DNA from: Chiloscyllium plagiosum
Lineage: Eukaryota
NCBI RefSeq assembly: GCF_004010195.1
Contig: NC_057720.1
Location: 19,274,965-19,323,465 of the forward strand
DNA length: 48,501 nucleotides
Direction: 5' to 3'
Of the stretch, positions 37,555-48,501 are shown in pieces. The translations under genes were made by a program, and so were the position numbers. Under the pieces are notes generated by a model. The model had not been told where the DNA came from. It did not search any database and saw only the letters and a list, made by a program, of their open reading frames with translations. How positions within the stretch are numbered: position 1 is the stretch's first letter; the number at the start of each line of letters is the position of its first letter.

Positions 37555-38990
37555 CCCCTAGCCAAGTTGTTCCAGTACAGGTACAACAGTGGCATCTACC
37601 CGACAATGTAGAAAATTGTCTAGATGTGTCCTAAACATAAAAAGCAGGTCAAATCCAACCCAATCAATTACTGCCCCATTGGTCTCCTCTAGATTATCCA
37701 TAAGGTGATGGAAGGTGTCAAGCAGCTGCTTAGCAACAACCTGCTCAGTGACGTCCAGTTTAGGTTCCGTGAGAGCCACTCAGCTCCTGACCTCATTACA
37801 GCCTTGGTTCGGACATGGACAAAAGGGCTGAATTCCAGAGGTTAGGTGAGAGTGACAGTCCTTGACATCAAGGCACCATTTGACTGAGTGTGGCATCAAG
37901 GAGCCCTAGCAAATCTGGAACCAGTGGACATCAGAGGCAAACTCTCCACTGGTCAGAGTTATCTCAACTGCAAGACATCCATGTAGGAGTTCCTCAAGGT
38001 AGTGTTCTAGGCTCAATCATCTTCAGCTGCTTCATCAATTACTTTCCCTCCATTATAAGGTCAGAAATAGGGATTTTTGCTGATGATTGCACAATGTTCA
38101 GCACCATTTGCAATTCTTCAGATACTGAAGCAGTCCATGTCTACATGCAACAGGACCTGTGCAATATTCAGGTTTGGGCAGTAGTATTCATACCTCACAA
38201 GCTGAAAATGTGTTGCTGGAAAAGTGCAGCAGGTCAGGCAGCATCCAGGGAACAGGAGAATCGATGTTTCGAGCATAAGCCTTTATGCCCGAAACGTCGA
38301 TTCTCCTGTTCCCTGGATGCTGCCTGACCTGCTGCGCTTTTCCAGCAACACATTTTCAGCTCTGATCTCCAGCATCTGCAGACCTCACTTTCTCCTCAAA
38401 GATTTCATACCTCACAAGCCAAAGTCAATGACCATATCCAACAAGAGAGAATTTAGAACATAGAACATTGCAGCACAGTCCAGGCCCTTCGGACCTCGAT
38501 GTTGTGCCACCCTGTGAAACCAATCTGAAGACCATCTAACCTATACTATTCCATTCTCATCTATATGCCTATCCGATGACCATTTAAATTTAACTATTGT
38601 TCCTTGATATTCAATGACAGGAGTCCTGAATACCTCACTGTCAATATCCAGGGGGTTATCATTGACAGGAAACTGAACTGGGCTAGCCTTCAAATACTGT
38701 GGCTACAAAAGCAGGTCAGAAGCCAGGGAACCTACAGCACGTAACTAATCTCCTAACTCTCAAAAATGTGTCCACCATTTACAAGACACATAAGAAATAT
38801 TTCCTGATTGTGTGGATGAGTGTAGTTCCAACAACCCTTGAGAAGCACTGCAGAGATTTACTAAGGCTTCTCAGACAGCACCTTTCAAACTCATGGCCTC
38901 GACCATTTAGAAGGATAATGGCAGCAGATACATGGGAACAACACCTCCTTCAAACTTCTGGCTCAGCCAGAGATGCCCACATTAAGAATT
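37555..38990 (+). mobile_element. Second LINE family (CR1/L2 group) RT remnant
   Basis: [19 protein letters not shown]...IFADDCT RT motifs in ORF 37890-38327; stops and frameshifts. Confidence 0.85.
38203..38403. mobile_element. Family A fold-back insertion within a LINE RT remnant
   Basis: 16-bp perfect TSD TTCATACCTCACAAGC at 38187-38202 and 38404-38419. Confidence 0.75.
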
Positions 38991-39592
38991 AACATTTGAA
39001 ACAACTGTTTGCTGATGAATGCTGAGGTAACTGTTTCCAATAGTTAAAGGGTCAAGGTGGTGGTCTCAGAAATAGAAGATTAAGTATCGACAGAGGACAG
39101 CCATAATATATTCACACTTAGTGTTATGAAGTTCCAGAATAGATTCCTTTGTAGTAACTGAAAGCCCAGTTTCTACATTCTAGGTTAGATTAGTTGGGTG
39201 GATGGAGGAATTTTGCAGGACTTAAAGGAATACGGGAATAGGGAGTGTAATGTAATTAATAAATGTAATTGAAACTATTCACTTGAATGGAGTGTATAGG
39301 TCAGCTGGGTTGGATCAGATGACTTGCTACCGTTTTGTAACATCTGCATATTTCACTGTGTCTTCCTGGAAATGTACAATTAGAAAGCGAATGACCCAGG
39401 GTGGGTGTTAAGGAAATACTTTACAGTGAATCATTCTTCTAAAATGTTTCTAAGATTCATTTGCATATCAATGGTAGAGACGAATGAGATTTGGAAGATT
39501 CTCAATTATTTATGTGCTTTATTAACTGCTCTCTTCTACTGTCCTGCCCTCTTAAGTACTCTGTGCACATGTCCATCAGGATCCTCTGCTCA

Positions 39593-40064
39593 AGGGCGGC
39601 ATGGTGGCTCAGTGGTTAGCACTGCTGCCTAACAGCTCCAGGGACCTGGGTTCGATTCCAGCCTCGGGTAGCAGTTTGCGCATTCTCCCCGTGTCTTTGT
39701 GGGTTTCTTCTGGGTGCTCTGGTTTCCTCCCACGATCCAAAGATATGCAGGTTAGGTGGATAGGCCATACTAAATTACCCATAGTGTTCAGGGATGTGTA
39801 GGTTAGGTGCTTTGGTCAGGGGTAAATATAGGATAATAGGGTGGGGGAATGGGTCTGGTTGGGTTACTCTTCAGAGGGTTGGTGTGAACCCGAAGGGCCT
39901 GTTTCCACACTGTAGGGATTCTATTTTCTAGTACTGGTCAGGGGTAAATATAGGATAATAGGGTGGGGGAATGGGTCTGGTTGGGTTACTCTTCAGAGGG
40001 TTGGTGTGAACCCGATGGGCCGAAGGGCCTGTTTCCACACTGTAGGGATTCTATTTTCTAGTAC
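39593..40064 (+). mobile_element. HE1-type V-SINE with tandemly duplicated 3' part
   Basis: A and B boxes present; 39813-39934 is repeated at 39935-40064. Confidence 0.85.
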
Positions 40065-41864
40065 AGTTGGGTTTAGATTAGATTAGATTACTTTACAGTT
40101 TACTTGCATTTGTCTTTGACAATACCTCCTAAGATCATAACTTCTACCATCGAGCGGGACAAGGACAGCAGGTGCATGGGAACACTACAAATTGCGAGTC
40201 ACATATCTTGTTTTAGAACTATGTTCCTGTTCTTTCGTTGTCAATACCTGTCATTCAAAAAACCTTGGAACTCCCTTCCCAATAGCAGCATGGCTGTACC
40301 AACATCTCAAGGACTGCAGCTATTCAAGATGGCTGCTCATCACCTCCTTCTCTAAGGCTAAATAAGCAATAAATACAGCCTTGCCAAAAACACTCACATT
40401 TCATGAATGAAAAGCAACCTGCAACTCTACAGGAGCTGGATAATTTTTATCTTTTGATCCCTACTTGGAGGAAAACACAGAGTATTCCACCTGCAAAATT
40501 CCACCTGTTCGTACTGGTTTTGAATTAAGAAGGGAAGTCACCAGTGACCCCATGGTATTTGCCTTGGACCAACTGATTGGCTTTCATGTTTCCACTTCCA
40601 TTTCAGGGTTAATGGCTGAGGCAGAAACAACTGCTACATTCAAGTTTAGATCAACTGGGTTGATAATAGAAAATTGTTTAAAGTGAAGATGAGAATAGGA
40701 AGATAAACATAATTATAATTGATTGTTTATGTGAACTGATGGAATTCTGCCTTCAGTGTAATTTAGCCCTAAATACATCCCAATTACCTCCCGCCTTTTC
40801 GAAGGTTGATAGTCAATACACAGCTGAGGTTTGATTCACCATGAAATGGAAAGGGCAGCATGTTGGGAATTCTGGGCATGGTTGTTACCTACACACATCC
40901 TTGGGGTGTATGTCTGTTCTCCAATGATCTGGAGACCGAAATACTGAGCCAATGAATTTTGCCATTAGACCCGAGCATAAGTTACTGTTCTTAAACAGGC
41001 CGAACTCATTATCTTCGCAGAGAGCTCAAAGAAACCTTCAAACATGCACTGAAATGGATCAGACAAACATCTAATTTTAGATCTTAAGGCACTTAGGTTA
41101 ATTACAGCCCTAGTTCAATCCACATCAGTAAATACTGTAACATAAACTGTGATAACTGAATTCAGGGGCACACCCGGACTAGCAGTCAATACCATGCATG
41201 ACTGGTGTACCGGGAAGTTCTTGAATCATGTCCCACCCAAGTATGCTATTTCTCTGCTGAAACTCACCTCCTCCACTTGCAGCATTCCTTTTCCAAGAGA
41301 AAATGGAAGAGGCTTTTAATATCCCTGTACCATTTTAAAAACAACAACTTATTAAAACAAGGTGGATGCTAAAGTAGCCACAGTTCGTGATTGAAGAAAG
41401 ATATGTCCTGGGTAACTGCAGGTCCATAGCAGCTCAGCAATACAGACAGCAGCAAATTGAAAACCAGATGTCAAATGTATTGCACTCTCATTAGGGGCAC
41501 AGCAGAAGTGTGTTTAAACCAAGTAGCAGTGCACCTCACTATCTGCCCTGAGAGCATGGAAGCAGTCTGAGTGTTCGAATAATATTACCGTCCATCTTTG
41601 ACCTCTCGACCCACACAAGCTGCAAAGTGGGCAAGGAAATTACACTTAATCACAAGTGACAGATGGGTAGGCGAAAACAGTAATGCTGGTGTGTCAATCC
41701 ATTCAAACAGGTCATTAGTGATAAGTGCTTTTTGAGAAAATTTACGACATCTCCATTTGACTCCTTAAAAGGACTAGTCACCACTAATGGAGGGATGACC
41801 CCCCCCCTCCTCCCTGGAGTTCCCTTCTTTCTAAATCCATTGATAATGCTGCTACACATCAAAT

Positions 41865-43500
41865 TGATCAGGAACAGCAGAAGGCCATTTAGCCCCTTCA
41901 ATCTGTTCTGCTGTTCAACGAGATTGTAGTTGACCTGTGAACTAACTCCAATAACCCGCCTTTGACCCATATCTTTTAACAAATTTGATAACAAAAATCC
42001 ATCAACCTAAGAATCAAAACTAACAATCACTTTATCATCAATTGCTATTTATTGGGAAAAAAAAGTTTCTAACTTATACCATCATAGAGTCATGTAGCAT
42101 GGCAACAGACCCTTCAATCCAACCTGTCCATGCCAACCAGGTTTCCCAAACTAAACTGGTCTCATTTGCCTGCATTTCGCCCATATCCCTCCAAAACCTT
42201 TGAATCATGTACCTGACCAAAATGTCTTAAATTTTGTAACTGTACCTGCATTTGTCATTTCCTCTGGCAGTTCATTCCATATATGCATCATCCTCTGTGT
42301 AAAAAAGTTGCACCTCAGGTCCCTTTTAAATCTTGCCCTCTCACCTTAAAAGTATGTCCTCTACTTTTGAACATCCCTACCCTAGAGAAAAGACCTTTGC
42401 TATTCAATTTACCTATGCTTCTAATGATTTTATAAATCTCTACAAAGGTAACCCCTCAACTTTCTACGCTCCAGGGAAAACAATGTGTCAGCCTCTCCTT
42501 ATATTTCAAACCCTCTAGTCCTTCTAACATCCTTTGCATGTAAATGTGTTTCCTAATTACATTCCTGAAAGAACTAGTTCTAATTTTTAGACTACTTCTC
42601 CTTAGTCCCAGTGTGATGATGCTGAGGCTTTAGGAGCTATATTTTGTCCTGGTTTCTTTTGAGAGAGAGATTGAATGAAAGATGAGAAGTAGTCCATGGT
42701 AACATAAACAGCTAGGGAGACCTTGGGGTTTTTAAAAAAAAGTTAGAACAAAAGAAGCAGCTTGCATGGGTGTGGTCAGTTCTGACAGACCAGGATTTCC
42801 ACCTTATTTTAGCTTTTAGATCCAACAGAAGCTGCTGGAGTTTTGAAGAAGTAGAAGCTATTTTTCCTTCTCTCTCGGTTAGAGCTAGAAGCTGGCGTTT
42901 CTCTTCCTACTGTGGGCATTGCATGTAAGAAAATCTAATTCCTAAATTTACCTTTTTGCCAAGAGATGTGTTTATGGGATATTGCTATATTGGAACAGTT
43001 AATTACTAATAGTGTCTCTATTATTCTGTTAAGATTTCCAATAGAGTCAATTTATTCCAAGTTCTTTTTTGTTTGAATAAATTGTATTTTGCTTAATGCT
43101 GAATACTTTGACCAGTCACACTGCATCTGGAACATAGCACTTTACAGTTGCCTTTAAAATAAGAAAAGGTTAGGGTCTAGACTATCTTAAAATATTTTTG
43201 GGGGGGTCTGGTCTGGTCCATAACACAGTATCCAAGAAGCATAAATAGTTTCTCTATATATATCCTATCAGTACTCCTGAAAAGCTTGTAAACTTTGAAT
43301 AACTCAATGTTTAACATTCCCAGGGTACACAATTTTTGTTTGTGAAATCTCTATCCCACATTTTAATCGTTGGAGTCCAGGACTCATTCCAGTAAATCAA
43401 TACTACATTCCCTTCAAGGTCAATACAACCTTCCTACAGTGTGATTCCCAGAAGTAAAAATAGAGCTCCGGATGTGATCTAATTTGGCCCTTGCATAGAT
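41865..43500 (-). mobile_element. Old CR1 fragment interrupted by a younger CR1 3' end (about 42082-42535) and a solo LTR
   Basis: GGAACAGCAGAAGGCCATTTAGCCC tail; younger copy begins CATAGAGTCATGTAGCATGG. Confidence 0.6.
42612..43225 (+). mobile_element. Probable solo LTR, 614 bp
   Basis: Termini TGTGA...TAACA; AATAAA at 43076-43081; interrupts a CR1 remnant; TSD imperfect (CCAG / CAGT). Confidence 0.55.
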
Positions 43501-45846
43501 TACCTTCTAACCTCTTAAAGTTCAACCCTCTGGAGAAAGACTAACATTCATCCATCTCATGGATATACTTTCTATTCAGGAAAGTGTAAGACTTATCCAG
43601 CTAAAGTAAGTATTAAAATCTGTAATTTCTAATACACCTTGGAATAACTGTCCCTACATTCAACTGGTGATTTCTCAGGCTCCTTGTTACAGATATGTAA
43701 TTTAACATCACATTTCAGAAGAGGGGTGAATGCATGTTCAAACTTCCAAGGAAGAGAAAAGGTGATGGAAGCAGACACAATAGCAGCATTCTAGAAGCAC
43801 CTGGATGAATTCACAAATAGCAAGGGAATGTGGGGGGGCGGGGATTGGATCCTGTAAGTTAAGGCAGTTTTAGTGTGGAATAGCAAAATGTGTTGGCGCA
43901 GGCTTGGAGGATCAGAGGGCCTGGTCCTGTGCTGTATTGTTCTTTGGTCTAATTGCTCTACAAACCAGCTTTCGGTTTCTGAAGAGCATACCTTAACTCC
44001 AATCTGCCTCTATAGTTTGTCAGGGTAAAAGCAGCATTTATCAGGTTTTTCTCTACTGCACATACACCATCCGAGACCACAGCACCACACCACATCACAA
44101 CACATGGACTCATCATAGAGAGTCACAGGGTAGTGGAAAAATCACTGTACAAAGATCAGGAATAAGTTGGTTGCAAGTTACAATTCACAATTAATTATTG
44201 TATGGCCTTAAATATCTCACAGCATGTAAATGTTGTGGTCTCCAGGATAAGGTGGGAGTATTTTATACTGGCGTAAGGCTGCTCAGTTGGTCAAAGAGTT
44301 TTGCACATTCTATCACAATGAAGTTGGAGCCACCAATGTCTGTTCCCAGCTACACCTTAAGCTTGCAGTTTCTGAGCTTCTTGTCAATGGCAAGAAGTTT
44401 TCACATCTGAGGAATGAAAAATTTTCAGACTAAAGAAGGAAAAAGAACACCAGACGTATCCCTGAGTATTAACAAGGCACCAGTTGGTACCTGATTGTTA
44501 AGAACAAATTACTTCTGGGGAATTACAATTACATGCTGGTAAGTAATTTATCTGTAATAGAAGGGAAAATCAAGACTGGTTCTGGTCGAGAGCAAATTTC
44601 TGATTTGAAAATGTCACGAGAACATTCATTGTGACTCTGGCCAGTGGGTGGATGCCAGTTTTGTTCTGCTTCACTGCAAAGCTTGAAAACAAACCAAATT
44701 GGACCAAGAGCAATTGGCATGCAGGCTGCCGATACCCTGGCATCAGCCAAACCCACTGCTGTAGCACCATAGGACAACTTTTTGATACTTCAGAGTACAG
44801 TCAATGCATATCCTATTGATCAGCTGAACCATCATTGAATGCACTGTAAATAAATCCCAGTAACCTGTCTTGTAAAGATTGCTGCCTGCAAATTAGCTGC
44901 TGTATTTCCTACATTACAAAATTGATTACACCTCAAAGAATGTTTTATTTGCTGTCATGCTCTTTGGGATGTCCTGAAGTTTTGATGGAGCTACTTACAC
45001 ACAAGTCTTTAAAGTCAGAACGAAATCAATCATCAGCAACAAATTGGCAAAGATGAGCTAAGTTGGTCAAATAATTTCCATTGGAATAAACTTCATGAAA
45101 GGCGCAGCTAAAACAATGCAGACCAGCAAAGAATGTCCAAATCAATTTTAAACTGCAATCTAATGAGTTCAGCCCCTGCTGGAGCCTTACTCAGATTATC
45201 CGTGCCCCATCAGTAAAAGTAAGTAATGATTTTAGTCTGTAATTTGAACATTATCGTTCATTCCTATCATTCATTACAAGATGTTGATAAGGGGTAAATT
45301 AAAGGAAACTCCCCCTTTTGAACAAAATATGATGAAAACACAGAATTTGCCATGTAAACAATTATTGCTGCCAAAGTAATGTTTAATATTCTGGGTCCAG
45401 AAACATGGACAGTGACGCACAGTGACAGCAACAGTTAGCCCATGATTATTTCACAAATGAATCATTTGCAATACATAATTGCTGTTTGAAACAGATCCTA
45501 AATATAGCACTAACAGCTATTTCTTTCCTTAGATTCCATTCCCTAACCAATCAATTTCTCTTCCAATGCAATCTCTTCTGAAATAGTTGGTTCATGTTGA
45601 GAAGGATTCCATGCCTTGATAAGCACTGGCTGCATTTGTTTCAGAGGGTTGAGGGTAAGGGTCACAGCCTCATTGTCGCTTCTCCAAAGGCCAACTACCT
45701 CTAGCCTCATAACTTCCAATACAAGAGCCTCTCACCACAATCTGGAATCCAGGTGTGACTAATTCCCTTTCTGTTAATAAACAAAACTAAAGGAACAAAT
45801 AAGTTGTTGGGAATATGATCTCAATATTCCTATTCCATAATTGATA

Positions 45847-46495
45847 CAGAGGAACCTCGATTATCCGAACGAGATAGACGGGCACTATTTTGTTCAGATA
45901 ATTGATTATTTGGATAACCGATTTTACCTTAAACAAGGGAAGCCATGCTGATTTAACACTGTGCTATACCGTAGAATATGTTTAAGTCTTAAATTTCAAT
46001 GTATTGAGCGCAAGAGGACACAGATTTCACATGATGAACAAAATAAAGCAATGATAACGTGAGAAAATGTTTTAAAAATGTAGTAGTTAGCATTTGACAA
46101 GGAGTGGTGAAGATAGCATTAAACAAGGTCCTGAACAGCTTCTACGATTGCAAGAGCATTTGTTAGTTTCCGGGAACTCAGTCTCACGACAAAAAGACAG
46201 AGACACCACCTCACGCATGCGTTTATGTTCTCTGTCTCGGTAAAGTGACAGAAATATTGTAAAACACTTCCTTTTGCAAAGGGCTGTGTAACAACCCTTA
46301 CCTAAAAAATATCCAGTCGCTGATGCTTGAGCTGCTTGTGTTTCTTTCTTTTTGCCAGCGTTTTCACATCTTCTTCAGCACAGGTAAATCGAGTACACTT
46401 ACCTCTTTGATGTAACGTTTTTGCGGGACCTTGAAATCTTCTTCAGATAATCCGAAATTCGGATAATCGATATTCAGATAATCAAAGTTCCTCTG
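45847..46495. mobile_element. Non-autonomous Tc1/mariner-pogo (Tigger-like) DNA transposon, 649 bp
   Basis: TA duplication at 45845-46 and 46496-97; 23-bp TIRs CAGAGGAAC(C/T)T(C/T)GATTATC(C/T)GAA; subterminal GATAATC repeats. Confidence 0.85.
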
Positions 46496-47534
46496 TATTC
46501 TCAATATCAATATCCTAGGAGTCCAGACACTCAACTAGAAACTATATAAATACAGTTAGGAATTTTACAGCGAGTAACTCACCTCCTGACAAAACCATCA
46601 CAGGTCACAGGTCAGGAGTGTGATGGAATACTCCCCACTTACCTGGTTGGGTGCAGCTCCAACAACACTCAAAGCTTGACACCATTCAGGACAAAGTAAC
46701 CCACTTGATTGGCATTACATGAACAAGCATCTACTCCCTCCAGCACTGATGCTCAGTAGCAGCAGTGTGTACCATCTACAAGATGTACTGCAGAAATTCA
46801 CCAAAGTTCCTTAGACAGTACGTTGCAACCCATGACCACAGCCACCTAGAAGGACACTGACAGCAGATCCATGGAAACTCCAACACCTGCAGGTTCCTCT
46901 CCAAGCCACTCACCAGCTTGACGTGGAAACATCGGCATCCCTTCAGTGTCATTGGGTCAGAAAATAGTAATTTGCATGCACTTACAAGTATTTTTTTAAG
47001 CTTCTTATGTCTATTGGTACACAAGGAAAAGGGAGGGAATGTTTTGAGTGGGTTGGTACTTTATTTCTTTGGTTACTGGTCTTGGCTACCTGCTAAATCA
47101 ACTGGGCGAATAGGCCATGCATTATGAAAACACTAATGTTTTACAGAGAGATCTGTCCTCAGCCAGTGAAACCATTCAGGTTAGCTGCTTCAGGTTATCA
47201 GAATTAAGCAGGCCTAACCAATTTCAAACAAACAAGAAAATACTAGTGATGTCCTGTAGTGTAGCGTCTGAAAAGTAAGTAAAGGGTTTTGTGCTTCACA
47301 TGTCTGATCATAGCACACATTACCCCAGGTCGCATAATGTACAATGCTGCATCCTGACATCAGTGACTGGGAGGCAGCAACTTTGACTGCTCAAGCATAT
47401 GTGTTTTTGGTCACTGATAATGTTTTTATCCACTAATGAGTCAATGACCTGTCATTCAGTGAGTCAGACAGAAAATTAAGCTCCGCAACTGGATATAAAT
47501 GCAGAAAATTAAAATAGATTTTCAGATGAGTCAT

Positions 47535-47685
47535 GGAAAGAAAGAGAGAGAGTAAGAAAGAAAGTGAGAGACAGCGAGAAACAAAGAAAAAGGGAGAGAG
47601 AGAGATAAAGTAAGAGAAAGCGATAAAGAAAAAGAGATAGAGAAAGAGTTAAAGAGAGAAAGTTATAAAGTAAGAGGGAGAGACT
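47535..47685. repeat. Purine-rich (GA/GAAA) low-complexity tract
   Basis: Read directly from the sequence. Confidence 0.85.
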
Positions 47686-48501
47686 AAATGAAAGATCGAG
47701 TGACTCATGTGAGTTACAAATCTGAAGTCTATGTTGCTGGTGGTAAGGCCTCAGATTTGGAACTTGGGCCTGGAAAATGTGGGGCCTCCTCCCAGAGGCT
47801 TTGTGATCAGGGTGGGTCAGTAACCTGTGGCCTGCAGAGGCCTCCATGGCTGTTTGATTTAGCCTCTTTTCTCCTTTCGAGGAGGAAGCACCTGTTTCTC
47901 CACTTGGCAGTGCTCCAAAAGGCCTCTGAGCACCATCGTATGAAACCCTGTACGATGACAAACACATATTCTCAATGTGTTCAATAATAACACACCCCAG
48001 AAACGAGACTGTTAACTGCATTGACAAACAATAATTGTATTTAATTACCATTTCAAAGTTGCTTACTGTTTGAGTCACTCATCAAAGAATTTACAGATGA
48101 AACCACAGACTCAATAATAAGTTCCAGCTTACGCTATACTGGGGCACCTGAAGTTCCCTATTTGTCCACTAGGGTTGAACGAAGCTAATTATCTAGGGTC
48201 AGCAGGTTAGCGGTGACAGGAGGGTGTTTGAACAGAAGAAGCAGGGACAGTGTTTGATAACATCATTGTTTAGACAAGATTTGGTCATATACGGTTAGTA
48301 CTCTGTCATTTAAAAAGACCATGAACAAGTTCTAATGGTTATTCCACTTCAGAGATGTGAGCATGTGTTGGGGCAGGGTGGAGTTGAAGAAGGTTATGGT
48401 GGGGGTGCGGGGAGGATGAATACTGTTGGGGAGGTGTGGGTGCCGGAGTACAGTCGGGGGAATGAGTACTGTCAAGGAGGGTTGGGGGGAGGTGAATACG
48501 G

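Noticed and set aside
47509..48078. 189-aa ORF as a single-exon gene
   Set aside because: The Leu/Ser/Phe C-terminus is translated (CT)n low-complexity DNA; only the central part was kept as a weak exon candidate.
1..48501. CRISPR array, rRNA or prokaryotic operon
   Set aside because: No regularly spaced repeat-spacer array or rRNA-like sequence; the DNA has spliceosomal introns and vertebrate retroposons.

Overview
Vertebrate genomic DNA. The repeat content (HE1-type V-SINEs, HER1/CR1 LINEs, DeuSINE relics, Penelope-like termini) points to a shark; that assignment is inference. One protein-coding gene is supported: a minus-strand BCAR3-type (NSP/SH2D3 family) adaptor. Six GT-AG coding exons splice in frame: 35017-34937, 15638-15510, 13573-13128, 10849-10749, 9580-8853 and 2373-2258, together 1601 nt. 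The gene continues off the left edge. The rest is intron packed with transposon fragments. The most interesting signal is a set of short, often fold-back insertions with 9-16 bp target-site duplications, from at least three unrelated sequence families. All carry the same minimal hammerhead-ribozyme motif (CUGANGA-A-stem II-GAAA-palindromic stem III-UH) with covarying stems, and their inversion junctions fall in or next to that motif. One intact-looking copy (24879-24913) lies in the sense of the BCAR3 pre-mRNA. Other observations are a cluster of candidate alternative first exons, a possible decayed copy of the first exon, a Kozak-flanked hydrophobic smORF below a perfect CRE site, and a rearranged CR1 region. 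Family names come from recall of consensus sequences; no searches were run. Repeat boundaries are approximate unless a TSD or TIR is given.
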